Positions 38,748 to 42,785 of a stretch of 42,785 bases of DNA are shown here, in pieces. The notes under the pieces were generated by a model, which saw only the letters and a program-made list of their open reading frames with translations, was not told the origin of the DNA and did not search any database. Every line of letters begins with the position of its first letter. Positions within the stretch are counted from its first letter, which is position 1. This DNA is from Armatimonadota bacterium (GTDB taxonomy: Bacteria; Sysuimicrobiota; Sysuimicrobiia; Sysuimicrobiales; Kaftiobacteriaceae), in assembly GCA_037440005.1 (NCBI GenBank), contig JBBIUY010000027.1, positions 1 to 42,785 on the forward strand, in the 5' to 3' direction. Made by a program: the position numbers and the translations under genes.

Positions 38748-38776
38748 ATTGTGGCACGGGGCGCACACCCTGTCAA
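38748..38776 (-). promoter_or_regulatory. Sigma-70 promoter of the suf operon
   Basis: TTGACA (38776-38771), 17-nt spacer, CACAAT (38753-38748); the -35 box contains the add stop codon. Confidence 0.85.
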
Positions 38777-39825
38777 GGAAGGCTTCCGGACGAACGCGCA
38801 GACAGGGCGGCGCGCAGCGACGACTCCACGTCCTCCACCAGGCGGGCGCGGGCGGCGGCAGGGAGGAAGGCGGCGCGGGCGGCCTGCACGACCAGGCCCG
38901 CCACGCCCTCCGGGCTCAGGTCGCAGGCCGCAGCCAGCAGGGTCAGTTCCCGGGAGATGTCCGTCCCCAGCAGCAATGGGTCGTCGCTGCTGACCGTCAC
39001 CGGCACGCCGGCCGCCAGCAGCCGGCGGGCCGGGTGGGCGGCCAGGGACCTGCACAGGCCCAGGGCCACGTTGCTGCTGGGACAGAGTTCCAAGGTGACC
39101 TGCCGCTCGCGCAGCGCCGCCAGCAGGTCGGGGTCGTCCACGGCGCGGATGCCGTGGCCGATGCGCTGCGCGCCCAGCTGGTACACGGCGGTCCAGATGC
39201 TGGCCGGGCCGGCGAACTCGCCCGCGTGCACGGTGATGCCCAGCCCGCCCTCCCGCGCCAGGTCCATGGCCCGGGCGAACAGGGCGGGGGGAAAGTTCCG
39301 CTCGTCCCCCGCCAGGTCCACCCCCACCACCCCGCAGTCCCGACAGGCCAGGGCCTCCCGCACGCGGCGCAGCGCCTCCTCCGGCCCCCGTTCGCGGACC
39401 AGGGTCACGATGAACCCGCACCGCACCCCCAGGGCGGACGCGACCCGGTCCCGGGCCCGGGCCATCGCCTCCAGCATCGGCCGGACCCCCAGCAGCGTGA
39501 ACCCGCGCCGGCCACCCACCCGCACCTCCACATACCGGACGCGGTGCGCGGCGGCCTCCCGGAGCAGGTCTTCGGTGATCGCCTCGATGTTGGCCGGGGT
39601 GTACAGTTCGTCGGGGATGCCGGCGCGGCTGAGGTGGCGGATCCTCCTCAGCCGGTCGTATCCGGAAAAGCGCGCGGGGTCGGCCACCAGGGCCGCCGCC
39701 AGCGGGCCGACGCCGGAGGACTGGCGGCGGGCGAGGCGGCGCAGCCGCAGGGAGGTTTCCAGGTGCAGGTGGAGCTCGACTTTGGGGATCTGGCGGATGA
39801 ACTCACCGATGGCCGGATCGGTCAC
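38773..39825 (-). CDS. add: Adenosine/adenine deaminase family protein
   Basis: PKVELHLHLE, DLAGDE, HAGE, RIGHG, ELCPSSN, SSDDP; TATAAT at 39854-39859 overlaps the ORF-track ATG, so GTG 39825 is preferred. Confidence 0.9.
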   Translation of the reverse strand: MTDPAIGEFIRQIPKVELHLHLETSLRLRRLARRQSSGVGPLAAALVADPARFSGYDRLRRIRHLSRAGIPDELYTPANIEAITEDLLREAAAHRVRYVEVRVGGRRGFTLLGVRPMLEAMARARDRVASALGVRCGFIVTLVRERGPEEALRRVREALACRDCGVVGVDLAGDERNFPPALFARAMDLAREGGLGITVHAGEFAGPASIWTAVYQLGAQRIGHGIRAVDDPDLLAALRERQVTLELCPSSNVALGLCRSLAAHPARRLLAAGVPVTVSSDDPLLLGTDISRELTLLAAACDLSPEGVAGLVVQAARAAFLPAAARARLVEDVESSLRAALSARSSGSLP

Positions 39826-39862
39826 GGAATGCCGCCCTGCAGGTGTTGGGCACATTATACGG

Positions 39863-39958
39863 AGGGAAGAGGGATGAGGGAAGAGGGAAAAGGGAAAAGG
39901 GATGGGATCTACCGTTCAACGGTGCAACGTTTCAACGCTCCAACGTTCCAGCGCTCCA
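39863..39958. repeat. Composite array: six AGGGA(A/T)(G/A) heptamers followed by six ACGTTCCA-like octamers
   Basis: 39863-39904 agggaag agggatg agggaag agggaaa agggaaa agggatg; 39911-39958 accgttca acggtgca acgtttca acgctcca acgttcca gcgctcca. Confidence 0.92.
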
Positions 39959-40024
39959 ACGGGAGTAGTCGGGAAAGGGGGCCGGGGTCCGCAGGCGGCG
40001 CCTGCCCTGCGTACAGGACCGGCG

Positions 40025-40210
40025 CTACCCCAGGATCTCCTGGACCCGGCGCTCCAGGTCTTCCAGGGCGCGGCGCAGGCGCGCGTGGTCGGCGGCCTGG
40101 GCCTCGGTAAGGGGTTCGGCGGCCGCCTGATCCAGCACCCGGCGCAGGGTGTGCAGGTGGGCCCGCACCCGGTCCACCAGGTCGGCGTGCGACGCGAGCG
40201 GCGACGTCAT
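40025..40210 (-). CDS. Small hypothetical helical protein, 61 aa
   Basis: MTSPLASHADLVDRVRAHLHTLRRVLDQAAAEPLTEAQAADHARLRRALEDLERRVQEILG; GC3-rich codons; upstream -10-like box. Confidence 0.6.
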   Translation of the reverse strand: MTSPLASHADLVDRVRAHLHTLRRVLDQAAAEPLTEAQAADHARLRRALEDLERRVQEILG

Positions 40211-40307
40211 CTTGGTGGACACCACCCCATATGGTAATATTAGTGCGCTACGTGCCGCGCTGTCCTGTCGTCGTCCCGGACGCCTTCGCTGACGGGTGAT
40301 CTGCGCC

Positions 40308-41354
40308 ATGGCTGACGCCCCGCGTGCCGACGGGTCGCGCTCGCTCCGGGCCGCGCCTCCCCAGGAGGCCGACCGGGAGGAGCTGGCGTCGGCGGTCGAG
40401 TGGTACGCCCGGATGGTCCTGGCCCGCCGGTTCGAGGACGAGGCGGAGCGCCAGTTCCGGCGGGGGCACATCGGGGGCTACCTGCACCTGTACAGCGGCC
40501 AGGAGGCGGTGGCGGCGGGATTCCTGAGCGTCCTGCGGGACGACGACATCTTCTTCACCGGGTACCGCGACCACGCCCACGCCCTCTTCCGGGGCGCCTC
40601 CCCGGGCGCCGTGATGGCCGAGCTGTTCGGCAAGGTCACGGGGCTGGCCAAAGGCAAGGGAGGCTCCATGCACCTGTTCGACGTGCCCCGCGGATTCTAC
40701 GGCGGCTACGGCATCGTGGGGGGGCACATCCCCCTGGCCACCGGCGCGGCCTACGCCCTGCGGTACCGGGGGACCGACCGGGTGTGCCTGTGCTTTCTGG
40801 GCGACGGGGCCATGAACAGCGGCTCCTTCCACGAGCCGCTGAACATGGCCGGGCTGTGGGGACGGGAGGGGTTGTGCCCCATCGTCTACATCGTCGAGAA
40901 TAACCAGTATGCCATGGGCACGTCGGTAGAGCGGTCCTCGGCGATCACCGACCTGGCCAGCCGCTTCGCCGCCTACGCCATCGAGGCCGAGCGGGCCGAC
41001 GGGATGGACTTCCTGGCCGTCCGGCGCCTGGCGCGGCGCGTGGTGGCCCGGGTGCGCGAGAGCGGACGCCCCTATGCCGTCGAGATGCTGACCTACCGGT
41101 TTGCCGGCCACGGCGCCGCCGACCTCTTCCAGCCCTACCGGACCAAGGAGGAGGTGGCCCAGGCGCGCCAGCGCGACCCGATCCTGCTGCTGGAGCAGCG
41201 GCTGCGGGAGGCGGGGCTGCTGGACGACGCGGCGGTCCGGCGCATCCACGAGGACGCCGACCGGGCGGTGCTGGAGGCCGTGCGGTTCGCCGAGGAGAGC
41301 CCTCCCCCGCCCCCCGAGGAGCTGTACCGGGACGTGTACGCCGAGGACCGATGA
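40308..41354 (+). CDS. pdhA: Pyruvate dehydrogenase E1 alpha subunit
   Basis: IGGYLHLYSGQEA, YRDH, KGKGGSMH, GDGA...ENNQYAMGTS, TYRFAGH. Confidence 0.93.
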   Translation: MADAPRADGSRSLRAAPPQEADREELASAVEWYARMVLARRFEDEAERQFRRGHIGGYLHLYSGQEAVAAGFLSVLRDDDIFFTGYRDHAHALFRGASPGAVMAELFGKVTGLAKGKGGSMHLFDVPRGFYGGYGIVGGHIPLATGAAYALRYRGTDRVCLCFLGDGAMNSGSFHEPLNMAGLWGREGLCPIVYIVENNQYAMGTSVERSSAITDLASRFAAYAIEAERADGMDFLAVRRLARRVVARVRESGRPYAVEMLTYRFAGHGAADLFQPYRTKEEVAQARQRDPILLLEQRLREAGLLDDAAVRRIHEDADRAVLEAVRFAEESPPPPPEELYRDVYAEDR

Positions 41355-41421
41355 TGCCCACACGGTGGACCGGGGGGCCGTCCGGCCGCGACCACGGGGG
41401 TCCGTCCTCCGGTGCTGGAGT

Positions 41422-41453
41422 CCAACGCTCCACCGTTTCGACGCTTTAACGCA
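41422..41453. repeat. Degenerate octamer array (CCAACGCT-like) before pdhB
   Basis: ccaacgct ccaccgtt tcgacgct ttaacgca; same family as 27134 and 39911. Confidence 0.65.
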
Positions 41454-41464
41454 TCCCGTCCGTC

Positions 41465-42448
41465 ATGGCCGAGCTGACCTACCGCGACGCGCTGCGGACC
41501 ACCCTCATCGAGGAGATGGACCGCGACCCGGCGGTGATCCTGCTGGGGGAGGACATCGGCGTCTACCAGGGCACCTTCCGGGTGACCGCCGACCTGCTGT
41601 CCCGCTACGGCCCCCGCCGGGTCATCGACACGCCGATCTCGGAGCTGGGCTTCATCGGCGCCGCCATCGGCATGGCGATGCTGGGCCTGCGGCCGGTGGT
41701 GGAGGTCATGACCTGGAACTTCTCCCTGCTGGCCATGGACCAGATCGTCAACAACGCGGCCAAGGTCCGCTACTTCTCCGGCGGGCAGGTGGACGTCCCG
41801 CTGGTGATCCGGGGCCCCAACGGCGCCGGCGTCCAGCTGTCGGCCCAGCACTCCCAGAGCCTGGAGGCCACCTACGCCCACTTCCCGGGCCTGTACGTGG
41901 TGGCCCCGGCCACCCCCGCCGAGGCCCGGGGGCTGCTGCGCACCGCCATCCGCGGGCGGGATCCGGTGATCTTCCTGGAGAATGCCGCCCTATATGGCGT
42001 GAAGGGGGAGGTTCCCGACGACCCCGAGTTCGCCCTGCCCTTCGGGAAGGCGGAGGTGGCGCGGCCGGGACGGGACGTCACGGTCGTGGCGTACAGCCGC
42101 ATGCTGCACCTGGCCCTGGCGGCCGCCGACCACCTCGCCCGGGACGGCGTGGAGGCCGAGGTGATCAACCTGCGGACGCTGCGGCCGCTGGACGCCGCCA
42201 CCCTGGCCGAGTCGGTCTCCCGCACCCACCGGGCCGTGGTGGTCCAGGAGCAGTGGAAGCCCTTCGGCGCCGCCGCGGAGATCGCCATGCGGATCTACGA
42301 GGAGGCGTTTGACGAGCTGGACGCCCCCGTGGAGCGGGTCACCGGCGCCGACGTGCCGATGCCGTACGCCCGCCCGCTGGAGCTGGCGGCTCTGCCCACC
42401 GAGGAGGACATCGTCCGCGCGGTCCGCCGGACGCTGGGACGGGCGTGA
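41465..42448 (+). CDS. pdhB: Pyruvate dehydrogenase E1 beta subunit
   Basis: GEDIG, DTPISE, MTWNFS..AMDQI, AQHSQ, PMPYA. Confidence 0.94.
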   Translation: MAELTYRDALRTTLIEEMDRDPAVILLGEDIGVYQGTFRVTADLLSRYGPRRVIDTPISELGFIGAAIGMAMLGLRPVVEVMTWNFSLLAMDQIVNNAAKVRYFSGGQVDVPLVIRGPNGAGVQLSAQHSQSLEATYAHFPGLYVVAPATPAEARGLLRTAIRGRDPVIFLENAALYGVKGEVPDDPEFALPFGKAEVARPGRDVTVVAYSRMLHLALAAADHLARDGVEAEVINLRTLRPLDAATLAESVSRTHRAVVVQEQWKPFGAAAEIAMRIYEEAFDELDAPVERVTGADVPMPYARPLELAALPTEEDIVRAVRRTLGRA

Positions 42449-42497
42449 GGGGCCGGTTGAGGCGGCCGGGGAGTGGTCGGGCCGAGGGGAGCCTGAG

Positions 42498-42785
42498 ATG
42501 GCCGAAGTGATCATGCCCAAGATGGGCGACGCCATGACCGAGGGCCGGATCGTCCGGTGGAAGAAGCGTCCGGGCGAGCCGGTCGCCCCGGGAGAGCCCC
42601 TGGCCGAGATCGAGACCGACAAGGTGAACGTGGACATCGAGGCCGAGGAGGCCGGGGTGCTGCTGCAGATCCTGGTGGAGGAGGGCCGTTCGGCGCCGGT
42701 GGGCGCGCCCATCGCCCTCATCGGCGCCCCCGGGCAGGCCGCTCCGGCGCCCGCCGCTCCGGCGGCTCCCCCGACCGCCGCCCCG
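42498..42785 (+). CDS. pdhC: Pyruvate dehydrogenase E2, N-terminal lipoyl domain (truncated by window edge)
   Basis: MAEVIMPKMGDAMTEG...EIETDKV followed by an Ala/Pro linker. Confidence 0.9.
   Translation, partial: MAEVIMPKMGDAMTEGRIVRWKKRPGEPVAPGEPLAEIETDKVNVDIEAEEAGVLLQILVEEGRSAPVGAPIALIGAPGQAAPAPAAPAAPPTAAP

Overview
Very GC-rich bacterial chromosomal segment, almost all encoded on the minus strand. It probably comes from a diderm Terrabacteria-type organism; this is inferred from tamB plus SpoIVB-like genes, a Bacillus-type SufU and Firmicutes/Chloroflexi-like Nuo proteins, and taxonomy cannot be fixed from sequence alone. In window order it holds: (1) an envelope cluster (hypothetical, FliA/WhiG-like sigma factor, TamB, SpoIVB/S55 protease, lysine-less biotinyl/lipoyl-like protein, wecB, WecA/TagO-like transferase, prs, glmU); (2) HD-GYP, pyridoxamine-oxidase-like, cupin, tRNA-Gln(UUG), RidA, a small Cys-rich protein and a four-helix-bundle protein; (3) a branched-chain 2-oxoacid dehydrogenase-type operon with lpdA and lipA; (4) DUF2203, two molybdopterin oxidoreductases and Uma2; (5) a stand-alone nuoB-D-I-C cluster; (6) transketolase and a sufCBD-Rieske-sufSU operon whose SufB carries two full-length LAGLIDADG inteins; (7) adenosine deaminase, a 61-aa ORF and a plus-strand pdhABC operon. 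Six intergenic spacers carry members of two short tandem-repeat families (7-mer AGGGAAG and 8-mer AACGTTCC-like), three of them arranged as long inverted pairs. All family assignments come from motif recognition; no database search was run.
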